A DNA stretch of 64,000 nucleotides. Source: Euprymna scolopes. Taxonomy: Eukaryota. Below the pieces are notes generated by a model, which saw only the letters and a list, made by a program, of their open reading frames with translations, was not told the DNA's origin and did no database searches. Within the stretch, counting starts at the first letter, position 1, and every line of letters starts with the position of its first letter. Positions 36,400-50,050 of the stretch are shown here, in pieces. The position numbers and the translations under genes are program-made. The stretch is from the NCBI GenBank assembly GCA_053919585.1, contig CM132791.1; one strand, 5' to 3'.

Positions 36400-38480
36400 T
36401 TCTCTGTGTAAAGTTAAAAATCGACTTATTTATTTATTTATTGCACCATTTGGACTTTTTAAAATTTAATTTATGAATTCTTCCTTCTTGCATATTCACA
36501 TTTCAGTCTGAAAATATTCTGTGGATTTTTCTTTTATAAATTTATTTCAGTCAGGTTTTGGGCGCGATAGCAGGAATATGTTCGTCTGAAGACAGCTTTG
36601 TATAGCATGCAATATTTTGTTTAAGATTTCCTTTTTTAAATTCACTATATGCTATACTTCAAGTAAACACAGATTAAAAACATTCCGTCGCCCCTAAGTA
36701 TACTTTATTATTATCCACCTTAACTTCCAATTTGTACACATTTTCAGAAATTAAGCAGTTGTTGTCTAGTGAACATTCGTTAGGTATTCTACAGTTACAT
36801 TTTCTCTATAAATATAGTTTACCTGATTCAATCCTACTTTCATACATTATTTCGTTTATTTCTTCATTATTATAACCTATTATAGCGTTGGTTAAATTGA
36901 CAGTGGTAGGGAATGAAAGTTTTACAAAGTGTATATGAATTATTTTACTTAATCTATTCTCTGAGGGAGTTCTTACTAATTATTTTGTAAAAATCTTTAT
37001 GGATATTATTTTTAATATGGCCACCAAACGGTTGATTAAACCAAACATGATTCATGCGTCTATTTCTTTTATTTTCCATATTACTATTGTCACCATTATA
37101 TTCTTTTTTATTATTTTTAATTTCCTTTTTCATGTTACAAAGTGATTCATCTCCAGTATTCTGATTTAAGGAATCGCACTCTTTAATTTCCTTATCTATT
37201 TTAGCACTGTAAGAAATGATATTTTTGTAGAGAAAGATAACTTTACAGTATTTCGGTTCATAATATTTCCTTAGTTGGACCTTCTTTTGAAAATTTTATG
37301 AATAATTTGTAAAAATTCTATCGGTAAATTATTCTCTATATGTGGGGGATTAAACCATACGCAATTTCTACATCTATTTTTATTCTTATTTCCAATGTTA
37401 TTTTGTGTTGTTCTTATATTGTTTCTTTATTAAAGTAATTAATACTAGTAATAATGTTTTTATAATTCATATGACTTGAATTACCCATTGTCACATTGCA
37501 TTAAATAACATACATAAATAGAATGGTTGTGTTGTTGCTATTTTCCCCTATATAAATCCATTATTTTCATGCTCTATATATTTTATTTCACGTCTATATA
37601 ATGATGATTCTATATAATGATTTAACTAATGCTGCATTATATTATTTTTACCATTAAATTCGTTATATGATAATAATTTAGGATATACTAGGTATAATAG
37701 TTTTTTTTGCCAAGATTGGGTGATTTGATTTATAGCCAATATAAAATAACGTTTGATTGGGTTTATAGTATGGTTCATACGTTTTGTTAGAAATAACTGT
37801 TTTATGGTTGATATCAGTGGTGTGTTTTTAGTCAATATCTTAAAAGAAATTAATTAGCTATTGTATATTTTTCTAAATTTCTATTACCAGAGTTGATAAA
37901 GGATAGGACATCATCTCTGTTACACCTGGTACATTTNNNNNNNNNNNNNNNNNNNNNNNNNNNNNNNNNNNNNNNNNNNNNNNNNNNNNNNNNNNNNNNN
38001 NNNNNNNNNNNNNNNNNNNNNNNNNNNNNNNNNNNNNNNNNNNNNNNNNNNNNNNNNNNNNNNNNNNNNNNNNNNNNNNNNNNNNNNNNNNNNNNNNNNN
38101 NNNNNNNNNNNNNNNNNNNNNNNNNNNNNNAATCATTATTGGCTAGTAATGCGCACGCATGTTTTTGTTGCAATCTTGATCAAAATTAAACTTCATCGAT
38201 CATACTTACAAATTTTACTAAGACAGATAGAAAACAAACTTGCATGTCTTTTTAATTTTGGGAGAACACAATTTAAGATTGTAAATTATACTTTACAAGA
38301 ATTTATTGTTCGGCAGTATACTAAAAAATATATTAAGACTATATTTTCTCCGTGGAGTTTAAAGAATTCGGTTTTCTCATCAGAGGAATGATATTAGAAA
38401 ATGAATATTATAGCGATGATATGTATTTACTGGGACTGGCATAAAATGGAATTGTATTATATGAACACTAATCATATATG
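36400..38480 (-). mobile_element. Highly decayed AT-rich LINE RT remnant
   Basis: Weak minus-strand motifs in the expected order: QFHFMP (about 38440), GVT...YPLSTLVIE (GVxQG..LSP-like, about 37880-37927), VYLG (about 36695) and LYKAVFR (about 36590). Confidence 0.3.
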
Positions 38481-39398
38481 CAGAATTCTTTTTACTGCAA
38501 ATGACTATTTGCAGTAAAAAGAATAATAAATGGGGAATAGAAATGAAAAATTAAAAAAAAAACTTCCAAATGAAACATTAAAGATGAAGATGATAGGATA
38601 TGATATTATGTTTAAACTTGACTGAAAACATGGAAATGAATAACTACAACACAAAAGTAAAATATTACAGATATATTGAGAGCAAATCAGTATATACAAT
38701 ATTTATACAGAGTCCATTGGTATAGTCATGGGGAGACCGTTCCTGGAGAAGGTGTCGGCTAGGTAGTCGTCGATTCTCGATCTCCTTGTCTCTCTGAGTC
38801 GCTCATTGGGTCTTTTCTTGGGTCTCTCTCGTCCTTACGGTACCAACCATATTTATATGGTTGACAGTCCACGTATGCTTATTAGGTGGATCCTACCACA
38901 ACGGAAGTGATTATGTATTTCCAAGGCGAAATAATAATAAGAGTCAATGTTCTCATGAGAAGGAGTCGGATTTACATTCTATGGCAAGCTCTATTTCCTA
39001 TTTTGGTTCTATTGAGTTTTATATTTGGTTGGGATGACTACATAAATGTTTATATTTATATTCGATGGAAATTTACAGAAGCTTTTGGCTTTTAAACTTA
39101 ATTTTTACTTTCTTATATATACATATATATATATATACATATATGTATACATATATGCATATATACACATGCATACATAAAAAATAAATATATATATATA
39201 TATTTATGTAGAAATATATTTTCTTAGCAATCCTTATTTAAGAAGCTCAATGTAATTACAAAGCAATATAGTGAATAAATTACAAAGAATATATTCCAAA
39301 ATTTATGATATTGACCATCTTATAAGTTATTCTTTAAAGTCAGTTGACATTTACAATTCTTAATTAGTATATCACTCAGTGAATCTATTATGCATAAA

Positions 39399-39576
39399 CA
39401 GGGTGACCCCAAAAAAACAGGACATTCAATTGTTTTTCTGAGCATTTTACAGTCAACGGAGAAAAAAAGGCCAAAGACCCTAGTGTTTTGATGTGATGTT
39501 TTGAATATAATAAAATATTCATGACTAAGAAACGGGGCCTAATTAGATTTAGGGCCCGTTTTGGAGGGTCACCATG
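39399..39576. mobile_element. Tc1/mariner-type MITE
   Basis: Imperfect terminal inverted repeats CAGGGTGACCCCAAAAAAACAGG ... CCCGTTTTGGAGGGTCACCATG, with TA immediately on the right. Confidence 0.65.
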
Positions 39577-39845
39577 TATAAATATATGTTTATATGACAT
39601 TTTAGTCAGTAAAAAACGAGAACACATTATAGCCTTTTGATATCGTGCCTATTAATGCTTGTACATTGTTTATTTTGTGCTAACTTTTGCTTGTAATATT
39701 CATCCCTATAAACCGTATTAACCCATAAAGCTTACTTCACTGAACCCTATCATAATAAAGATCAATATAAAATTTCAGTCATATGGACACAGTATTTTAC
39801 AAAAAATGTTGAACGGATACGCAAAGAGACAGAATAAGAAAAGTA

Positions 39846-39895
<50 letters not shown>

Positions 39896-39943
39896 CTTAC
39901 ACCAATAGCATATATCAGTATATTTATATAAACGAAACGTATA

Positions 39944-41250
39944 CTAGANNNNNNNNNNNNNNNNNNNNNNNNNNNNNNNNNNNNNNNNNNNNNNNNNNNN
40001 NNNNNNNNNNNNNNNNNNNNNNNNNNNNNNNNNNNNNNNNNNNNNNNNNNNNNNNNNNNNNNNNNNNNNNNNNNNNNNNNNNNNNNNNTCGGTTTTGCCC
40101 GGTTGAAGCATGCCCCCATCATAAAAAATTAAACTAGTGTTGTTGTTTGTGGCCAACCCACAACCTTCTAATGTAAAGAATAGTTTTCGGAATACATACC
40201 CCAAACCTCCTCATGTTAAGAACGACTTTCAGAATAGACACCAGTAAACTCCCCATGTTGAGAACGACTTTCGGAATACGTATAATATGAATATTTTGAA
40301 TGTGAACGGTGAGTTTCAGCTAATGTAAAAAATACAAAAAATAATATATTTTAGTCAGAAAGAACAATTATTTAAAAAGTGTCAGTGGAATTAATATTTG
40401 TTTTTATCAAACTTTAATGATTATTTATATATTATTAGTTATGAAAAATTCTAATTTTTAATAAAATAAACCTTTGTTTGTCATAATTTTCTTTTAAATA
40501 TTTGATTTCAGTAAATGTGTAAAGAAAAATTGTCTAAAAACAACACACGCATTTGAAAACTTTAGAAGTTTGATTTGAAATTAATATTTGTTTATCTAAT
40601 CGATGAATGAATAAAAAGAAAAAAGTACGTAGGGATATATTCCTCTTATATAAAAAATGGAGAAATATTAATTAACTTTTTCTTTGGTTTAGACAACTTC
40701 TGTTCTGTGAAACAGGAGAAAAAGAAAAATAACATAATTAAAATTCGCCATAACAAAAAATATTTCCAATTTCAGAATCTCAAGCAATATTTGCGTATTA
40801 CTTGAAAAAAAAAAAGAAAGAAGAAAAAAAAACGAAGGCATTTGACATTAACGTAACTAAGCTTTTCTTTCAAAACTGTACTTAGTATGGGTCCCTTGCC
40901 GTGGAAGATTACCTTAAGAAAAGTATGAATTTTTATCATTGAATTTTGTTTTCCTTCGTGAGGGATTTCCAGCAAAAGAATAATTTTAAAAGATATTTAT
41001 CATCTTAAAGGCAATAACAATTCTGGAAAAAAAATTTTAAAAAAAGTTTTATTTTCCAAGCCTGTAAATATATATTTTGATTCCGCCTGTCGTAAAATAT
41101 GTTTAAATATATTTAAAATCATGCAGATCATAATTTGTTAATACAAAGACGATGGCAAAGTTAAAAAAAATTACTTAGTACCATTAGCTAGAATCGAAAC
41201 AAAACATTCCGCGTTTAGCCTCGTGCACTACCGATGTCGGTATCGAGACA
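39944..41250 (-). mobile_element. Non-autonomous Helitron-type element (same family as 30073 and 2348) with a tRNA-like segment at about 41180-41250
   Basis: A|CTAG at 39943-39947 left of the gap and hairpin half CGGTTTTGCCCGG right of it (40090). Subrepeat CCCATGTTRAGAACGACTTTCGGAATA at 40185-40280. Reverse complement of 41150-41200 (GTTTCGATTCTAG...GTAATTTTTTTTAACTTT) resembles 2188-2235. Confidence 0.45.
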
Positions 41251-42742
41251 ACAAATAATAGAGTCTTAATATTAACATACTTGAAGAAATTAATTTTTGT
41301 GAGCATGCATAGTAAGAAGTATAAACATGTCGACCAGTTGAAATGAACATTTCGCATTTGAATAGGCCGATATATGTCTCCATGCGTTATTCATTAACAC
41401 AAACAAGAATTTTACTCGTTATAAACAATCGTTGGTGTTATAATTACATTTTTTTATTTTTTATTTTTTTGTTAATTTCATGGTATGTGACCAGTAGCTT
41501 AAAAGTCATGTTAGATATTTACACACACATACATATTTACACACGTACACATATATATCTACACACACACATACATCTACTGTTTTAGTTATATAGATAT
41601 GTAGGGAGAATGAAGAGAGTCGAGGCTGAATCATAAATAAGAAAAATTAAACTGACAAAGACTAGACGATAGAGAGTATTACAAGAAAAAAATAGAAATA
41701 AAAACTAGGCAATAGAAAAGGAAAAGGGAACAAAAAAAACAAATCAGAATTTAGAGAAGATAAATGCGAGAAAAGAATGTAGGAAATACTAACGAAAAAT
41801 ATAAAAAAAAGAAAGTATACAATCAAATACAGGATAATAACATTAAGAAAAAGAGAAACAGAAAAACATAAGCATGAAATGGCCGATGAAAACGTTAAAA
41901 AGTGAATTAAATTCAATAAGAAAAACAAAAAAACAAAGTTTGAATTAAATTAGAGAAAAGTGGGTACACCGGTGTTGCTGATTATGAAAATGCTCACGAT
42001 AATGATCATCATAATTAACATCATGACGGTGAATCTGCGCTCACTCGTGTCCTTATTTTGTTGACCTCAGCCTTATTTTCGTTCGGCTAAACACGTCTTT
42101 ATTAAAGCAAAACTTTTCGATAAAATGTAATTATCATTCAGAGAAAAAATCTGTTTTATATAATATAAAAAGGGCACCGTTTTGATTCTATTTAAAGCGA
42201 AATTATAGAAAACCTTGATTTCCTCTACAGTAAGATCTCATTTTGCAGCAACAGATTCACATTTGTTGCTTGAGTTTTGTCAGTTTAAACATTGATGAAA
42301 AACACGAGATATCAAATCTAACCCGATTTTCTGTCTTAACGCGATTTAAGCACAGACTGTTTTTTCTCTCGTCAAGAAAATTCCAGGGATCATATATGAT
42401 TTTTATATGAAACTGTACCTTGGTAAGTTTTATATTCATAAATTGGCAAGGATAATGAGACGAGTATCAAACAAAAAAAGTGCTCAGTTAAAACGCACTT
42501 TTTTAAGTTTGAAAATATATTTTTATCTCATAAATGAAGTACGAAGCGTATGCGTTCGTAAACATCAGTTGATAATAAATATGTATCATTTTTAGTGCTT
42601 TTACGAGACATTAAACTAGCAGTGTTTCATATGTGAAAGGTCGAATATGACCCTCGCACACCATAAAAGGCAAAAATAAAGTTTAGTCAACACGAATAAT
42701 GTTCTCTAAAATAATTGACAGCGAAATAAATAAATCAAACAA

Positions 42743-42794
<52 letters not shown>

Positions 42795-43269
42795 CAATAA
42801 TCACTTATGTGTGGATACCAAACACATAAGGATCGTAGTGATTTCTTTTTGAGAGCTTGACTAATTACTAGCTGACTTTGTAGCGTGACTTTTGTACCCA
42901 TATTTGGTTTCCCTTGTTAACAAAACACCTCGCTTAGAACTCGAACGCTTTACTTTTCGAAAATCTATCTGCTTTTCAGTGGACGTATTTGATAATACCA
43001 AAGCTAGATCAATATTCACATCGGTTGTATTACATCATCGCAAGCAGCGGGAAAAATGAATTACCTGACGGGCCGCATCCATTCACTCATACATCTCTCA
43101 ATTTTCTTTGAACTGTTGTTTGCACAGAAATACAATAGTGATGAACCGAGCAAAATGTATGCCTTTATTGTTTGTTTTAATCATATCCGTTATATAATAT
43201 CGCATTAAAATCCTATAACATCACTGCATTTTAATTAACACTGAAGAATATTTCAAAATATGTAAAGTA

Positions 43270-43640
43270 TTGGATTGCCCGGAAGGATTTCTTATTTTTT
43301 ACTCAATGTAGATTATGATGAACTATATTTTTTGAAACTTCCAACTCTTGTGCAAGTGCTCAAGTTGTCATATTTAGATTTTCTGTCAATTTTTTCTTCA
43401 AAATATCAAATTTTGTACGTCTTCTACTGCGAGTATTCTCTTCAAGACGGATGTTTCCTGTTTTAAATTTTTCAACCCACTTACGAACAGTATTCACTTA
43501 CAGGATTGTCCCCATCACAAATCTCTTTGAAAGTTTGAGCATCAGGTTCTCCTTTTTGGAAGAAAAAACATAACTTCTCAAGCATAAAATTTATCGTAAT
43601 ACATTTTCTTGTAATGAGAGGTATTTTAAAGTTAATAAAT
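43270..43640 (-). mobile_element. mariner-type transposase N-terminal (HTH) fragment
   Basis: Minus translations WVEKFKTGNIRLEENTRSRR (WxxKFxxG...RSGRP motif) and ALAQELEVSKNIVHHNL (second HTH). Catalytic domain absent. Confidence 0.6.
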
Positions 43641-43789
43641 TAAAATATTGCTGTCAGCAATGCAATAAACAATCCGTAATATATGTTAAGTGCACTCTGT
43701 GATTTAAGTAAACATATTATTGGCTTGTTAAGAGCCTTCAGAAACTTGTACTTTTCAAATGCCAAAGACTTTCCAGACAACCTAATACA

Positions 43790-46700
43790 CTTATTCTCTA
43801 GAGTTTGGAGAATTGTCGATCACAGCGCCGGAACTCCATGCAAAAAAGACTTTTCCTTGATTACCGTTTTTTATAAGCATGCGCGTCTCTTGTTGAGGGA
43901 TGTTTTACTCATAAGCCATGAGCGAAATACTGACTTTATTCTTTAAGAATTTGGTAATTTATGTTCTGTAACTCTCGCCATTTTATCTTGTTTTTTTCGC
44001 CACTCATCTTGCGATTTTTTATTCTCCTGATTTTTCTGCACTAGCAGCAGAGAAAATACGTTTAACTTTTTTGAGGTGAGGTTGTTCGTAACATTACTAT
44101 TACCCCCCCTGATCCTATGATCACAGATGAAACATTCGAGAGGTAGTCTTTTGTACCAGGTGCTTCATCGCGGCAGTACAGTTACTGAATCTCCATTCGA
44201 AGTATCATCGGAAGAAGTATGATCTGCATTTATGCTTATTGCCGGTTAACCTAGTCTCTCTTCAACTGTCACAAATCTTTCACTCACATTCTGTGAACAC
44301 ATGTCAGAACAAACTGTTGGTTGGTCTGGTACCACTATGGGTAGGAGATCTTCCACATGGCGTGGCATTCCTTCGACGAATCTGTTTTGAGTACTAGTAA
44401 TTACATGTCACACGTCATACTTTGTTGTACATCGTCCATGTGCAGCCTTTGCGCACACTCGGTCACCCGTTTTGACGACAGTCCGCTGTTGATTGTGTGT
44501 CGACACTGATGTCCCATTGATTTCTTTCAGCCGTATGTAATACCGATGGACCATAGCAGGTGCTGTAGCAGAGAATACGTCATTTTTGGCGTCATTTTTG
44601 GCGTGACGTTGTACTAGTATGCTGTTTTCTGGTTGCAATCCTTTTTACAGTTCTATGACAGCGCTCGATGACGCCGGCACTAGAGCGGGCGTCTGCACAG
44701 CGGAATCGAAATCGGATTTTCCACTCATCTATGAAAGTTTTAAACAATCGGAGTGGAAATGCAGTGTCATTATCCGTAAGAATTTCCGTGGGAAAGCCTC
44801 GCTTATAGAAGAGCGTCCTCATCTGGTTGATTACAGTTTCAACATCTTGCCGAGAAAGGCGTCTTTAGGTGGCAAACCGAGTGAGAACGCAGTTAATAAA
44901 TGTCAAAAATGGATAATCTTCATCGCTATTCGATGCCATATTTGTTTAACATTTAAAGAAGCCTCTGACAATTGCATGGACGAGGAATCGGTCGACTCAC
45001 ACTCTTCAAACTCTCTGACGACCGAACTAACAGCGACCTGGGAAACCGCTAGGCAATCTATTTAGCAAAGTAGAGTGTCATTCTTACACAAAGATGATCA
45101 TATTGTCGATGAACGAGGTTGATCTGGTTAAGCAGAACTGAGCTCACAGGCGCAGTACAGCCACGTTGCACAAACCCAGTTTTTCTCTTAATTGCATCAA
45201 GCCACCTTAGAGGCACTTTTAGCAATTGATCCGTCTTGTTTTTGCTCGAATTGACCAAGAATACATCCATCAAAAGCGCGTTGCAGTATTTCACACATGG
45301 CTTTGGTTCCTATCCGAGATCCATTAACGGAGACAAGCAGAATCAATGATTAAGTAAAAGGTGGTCGTCTTCCGGAGAATTGCCAAGTTTATTCCTTTAA
45401 TAATGGCATCAGGTTCTGCAAGGTTAATACGTTGGGAGTCCTTTTCTGAACGTAACCAGCAAGCATCCTCTATCACATCCCCATCATTTACAAACGACAC
45501 TCCGGTAGTGAGAGAGCATTTGTCGACCAATACTCTATAATCTTGGCCGTCGACGCACCATTTTCCCTACGCTGGGTCTTCTTTGTGCACTCTAATGGAA
45601 CCTTCTAAACAATTGTATTGCTCGCTGCATGCGCCTGTTCTTCGTCAAAATATCATCAACAATTGTTTCCATAATAGACGGTGCCACAATTTCCGATCCC
45701 ATGTGAGTCAGACAATATCTTCGTCCGTTGATTAGTACAGTTTTATAAGTCTACAGTGATTGGTGCATGTATACTTGAAGGCATGCCTTGTGAAGGTCAA
45801 ACATCGATACATTCGATCCTACTTAACGCCATTTTCTCAATTTGACAGTGCATATGTCCACGTGGGGTGTAAATGGATCCTAGTGCTCATTTAGTTCCCG
45901 AGAGTCGAGTACCGGCCTAACCTTTTGTTTGTTCTGCTAAATGATTGATTTAGTAAGTGCAAGTCCCAATTCCTCTTATGGGTAATGAAACAACCAACCA
46001 TTATCATTGCAGGCTCGTAGCTATTTATTATATTTTGCACAAGCTTTATACTCCGGTACTTTTTTTTATAATTTTTCTGGCGGCTGATATCCGAATCACT
46101 TCTACGACACCGTTCAGCACTTGGTGCGTTGGTCGAACTCCGCGCTAAATTCATGCTGTTCCAGATCAATTGTTGCGATAAGAGCGAGAGTCACTTCAGC
46201 AAAATGTACCTTTCCTCGTTCGTCGATATGCACGCCACCAAATTTCATGATGGCATCCATCCTCAGAACGGAGTCAAATCTCAATATTTTGCTGTCTACC
46301 ACGAGCGTGTCAATCTCTAGAGCGTCCTTTTTAATCAAATTAGTTAAATTAATGCTCATAACACCATGGATTATCAGGTATTTCCTACATGCTGTCAGAA
46401 TCGTGGTACATTTAATACTGACAGCAGATAAAGAGCACCCAGAATCAACCAATGTTATCCGAGTTAGTTCATTGATTTTTACTTTTCCTACAGGGTACAC
46501 TTCTAGTATAAGTGGGGAGAGTGAGTAGCGCTGGCCTCTCGCCCCTTGTCTCGTTTCCTAGGCAGTATGATGCGACATATCTTTTTTGCTAGCACCGATA
46601 GCATTGTATCACTAGAAGCGCTTTTCTTGCTTTGCTTCTGGGCTATCGACTGTTTCTGGCCAAGTGTAGGTCACCCACAGTTTACGCGGGGCGCAAACGA

Positions 46701-47322
46701 CAAGACGCAAACTTGTCAAATGCAACAAAAGGCTCTGGCGCAAAGGCCACGAAGAAAACTGGTTTCACCTACTTAAAATCTTCCCTCTGGTCAAAGATTA
46801 ACCGTCGATAAACTGGCCTGATTAGCAAAAAAACACTCAGCATTGTAAACACCACTCATTTTCCACACCAGCTACATCTGTCCCAACCATTCGAATACTG
46901 CTTGATCGGGTTAGGCGCCATAAAATTCACGAATCAGCCGAGTGTTAAATGCTTTGCTTGCCATTTGGGTTTAATTATTTCTTAGTCGAGATAACTTATT
47001 CTGTAGAGTTTGAAGAATTATGGATCACAGCATCGAAACTCTGTGCAAGATAGACTTTTTTCCTTGATCATCGTTTTATTCCATACGCATGCGCATCTCT
47101 TGCTAACGGAGGTTTACTCATCAAGCGTGAAAAGTGACTCATTTCCCTTAAATTTTGGCAATTTATGGTCTGTAACTCTCGTCTTTTTACGCGGCTTCTC
47201 TCGCTCCCTTACATAAAATACGCCACACCTTTTGCACCCAATTATTATTTCCCCACTCTGGCAGCAAAGAGACCATAATTTTTGCTTTGTCGTGAGGCTG
47301 TTTTAGCATTATTACTACAACA
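43790..47322 (-). mobile_element. Decayed LTR retrotransposon, copy 2 of the 9391-12724 family; LTRs about 46925-47322 (5') and 43790-44101 (3')
   Basis: Protease TLVDSGCS (ORF 46114-46500), RNase H VDKCSL...EDACWLR...INLAEPDAIIKG (45324-45530), integrase ILTDNDTAF...IERCHRTVK (44592-44822). Diverged direct repeats ACTTATTCT.TAGAGTTTG...GCATGCGC.TCTCTTG...CTGTAACTCTCG at 43789-43980 and 46994-47182. Minus-strand TGTTGTAG start at 47322, PBS-like TGGCGCCTAA at 46920-46911, polypurine tract AGGGGGGG at 44110-44103. Confidence 0.85.
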
Positions 47323-48219
47323 TTGAGTAGAACAGTTTTGTTGAGCAAGGTGTATTTATTTCTTCGTCTGATCGACGGTATTTAAAAAAATATACGATTG
47401 AAATGAATTAATAAATGTTCTGTGTTGATTTGTAATAGCTTGATTATTATACTCTTTTTTATTTGGTGAAAATGAATCATTTTTTACTGAATTAAATAAT
47501 ATTTGGGTTTTAGTTTAGACATCGTGGCATCTGTACTTTTTTGAGTTGATGAAATTGTTAAGTAATTAGTATTCAGAGTTCAATTGTGTTTGACTTCTCT
47601 ACTCGTTTGACAAGTTAGGAATTAAAATTACTTGAGTTCATTAATTAGTGTCCAATGTTGCGATTTAATAGCGTTGCTTTTCTTTACTTTTTGTATGCAT
47701 GAAAAGTTAAAATTAAAATTTGTATTGAGAACTAAGTTTTCGTAGCGTGGCTTTTGTACGCCGTTTTAGCTGGTAATTTAATTAGTGTTCAGAATTGATT
47801 TTTAGCCAATAGAAAAATTCGAATGGATAATTTCTTGTTCAGATATAAGTTTTTGGTAACTTCACTTTTGCACTCTTTTGTGCCAAAAAATCTTTAATTG
47901 TTGGAATTAATTAATTAGTCCACATATTTTAGTTTTGTTAACGTGTCTTTTGTACTAATTGTTTGTAAGAAAAATCAGTTACAGTAAATTCATTAGTGTC
48001 TTCCACTGAGTTCTGGTTGTGTTTTCTTTTTATTCTTTTTGATTTAATGAAAACTTATAATGGATTAAATCACAGACTAGAGTTAAATTTTGATAGATTG
48101 AATTTTGTATACTATTTTGCTAGTAAAAACCATATTGTTGCAGAACAGTAATCAAATTTCAGAATTTCATTTTCATTTTTCCTTTATTGCTCTTAAATGA
48201 ATTATTAACAATCTTCTTT

Positions 48220-50050
48220 CACCACTTATCAAGGCACGGAATCCACTCAGGGATAAGGGTTATTGCAAGTACATTACGTTAGTGTGGAGATTTGATGAAG
48301 TGTTTACTAAAGGGGGCGGTTCATTAGAAATTTGTTAACATTGGACTTGAACACACTCAAGTTGTAGTCAGCTGGGAAGCAGGCAGATGGAACAGAGTTT
48401 CACAGGCGTGCAGTGTTAAGAAAGAAGCTTTGTTCATGGAATCCACGTTTGGATTTAGGCACAGATAAAGAGTGGGGGAAATTTTTCATAGTGGATTCAG
48501 CCAGACGGGTGTTTTTCGTGAAAGATTAGCATGGGGGAACAAGAGATTGGAGTTCAGACGAGCACCTGCCATGGGAATAACGATAAAACAAGGATAGGCT
48601 CGCAACGTCTCTTCTGTTGGAGTGAGTTGCAGGGTAGAGAAAAGGGCATGCCCCACTAAGCCACGAAGTCTATTTTGTACTCTGTCAAGGCAGGATAGGC
48701 TGTTTTTAGCAGCTCCTGCCCAGATATGGCAGCTGTATTCTATCCTTGGACATACTTGGCTTTTATATAGATAGAGAATTGCATCAGTAGTGAGATATCT
48801 TCTGGAGCGGTAGAAGGATCCCACCATCTTTCCAGTGATCTTAGCAACAGACTTGATGTACGTGTTCCATTTCAGATCAGGAGTAAAGGTCAAACCCATA
48901 AGCTTGTCAAAACACGGGGCCTCTCCCAGACGAGAGCCATCTATCCCAATTGATGCCAGATGGGGATCAGAGCGTTGATGATGTAAGGATAGGAGTTTGG
49001 TTTTAGATGCATTAAAGGTAACCAGTCACGTCTTCCCCCACTGAACCACGCGCTCGAGATCAGAGGAGAGAGAATCAGAGAGAACTTTGTCATTTGCCGC
49101 CTTTGACATGTTGCCGTAGATGGTCGTGTCATCAGTATAGATGTCAACGAATGATTTAAGTATGTGTTTAGGGAGATCATTGATGTAGATCAAGAAGAGA
49201 GTTGGGCTCAGGATTGACCCTTGAGGGACTCCAGCATTAATACTGCAGGCCTCTGATTTTTGTCCATCGACCACTACTCTTATGAGCCTATCGGAGAGAA
49301 ATGATTTAATGATTGAGAAAACATTTCCAGTTATACCATAGCTGGAAATCTTGTGAAGTAGTCCCTTATGCCATACCTTGTCAGAGGGTTTAAATATGTT
49401 AAGAGCAATTGCCCTAGAAAGGAAGCCTTTATCAAGAGATTCACTAATCCTGTGAGATATAACCGTTAGCACATCTGCGATAGATCTTGCAGAACGGAAA
49501 CAATATTGTGTGTCACTAAGAAGGTTGTTTCTGCTGAGGTGGTTGACTATTTATCTATTTAATATGGATTCCAGCAACTTACTCATAATACACAGGAGAC
49601 TTATTGGTCTGTACTGAGAGGGAGATGGCTTATCACCTGAATTCTTAAATACAGGGCAAACTAGTGAGATCTTCCAGGGAGTCGGAAAGCACTTCTCCTT
49701 AAGGCAGCGCTTAAACAGTTTCGTAAGTATGGGAGCAAGTTCTGGTTGAAGCTTTTTTAACAATATAATTGGGATGCCGTCAGGGCCAGTTGCTTTACTG
49801 GAATCAAGGTTCTTGATTAGCTTGGCGACCTCATGCACGGATATTTGTATGTTATCTAGCATGTTCTGTGTTATAGGAGGAAATATGGGGAGTTGATGGC
49901 CTTCGTCGCATCGGGTAGAATTAGCTGCAAAGTTCTTTGCAAATAGTTTGGCCTTGTCTGATGCTGACGAGATGACCTCTGGTCCATTGATAATGGTTGG
50001 GATAGAACGCACACTTCTGTTCACGATCCTATTTGTTATTTGCCAAAACT
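48220..50050 (-). mobile_element. 5'-truncated CR1/Zenon-type (jockey-like) LINE, RT pseudogene plus 3' UTR
   Basis: ORF pieces KATGPDGIP...SQYRPISLL (49551-50024), DKVWHKGLL...GVPQGSILSPTLFLIYINDL...YTDDTT (49026-49472) and IEYSCHIWAGA (48486-48899). Same family as 27770-29265. Confidence 0.92.
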
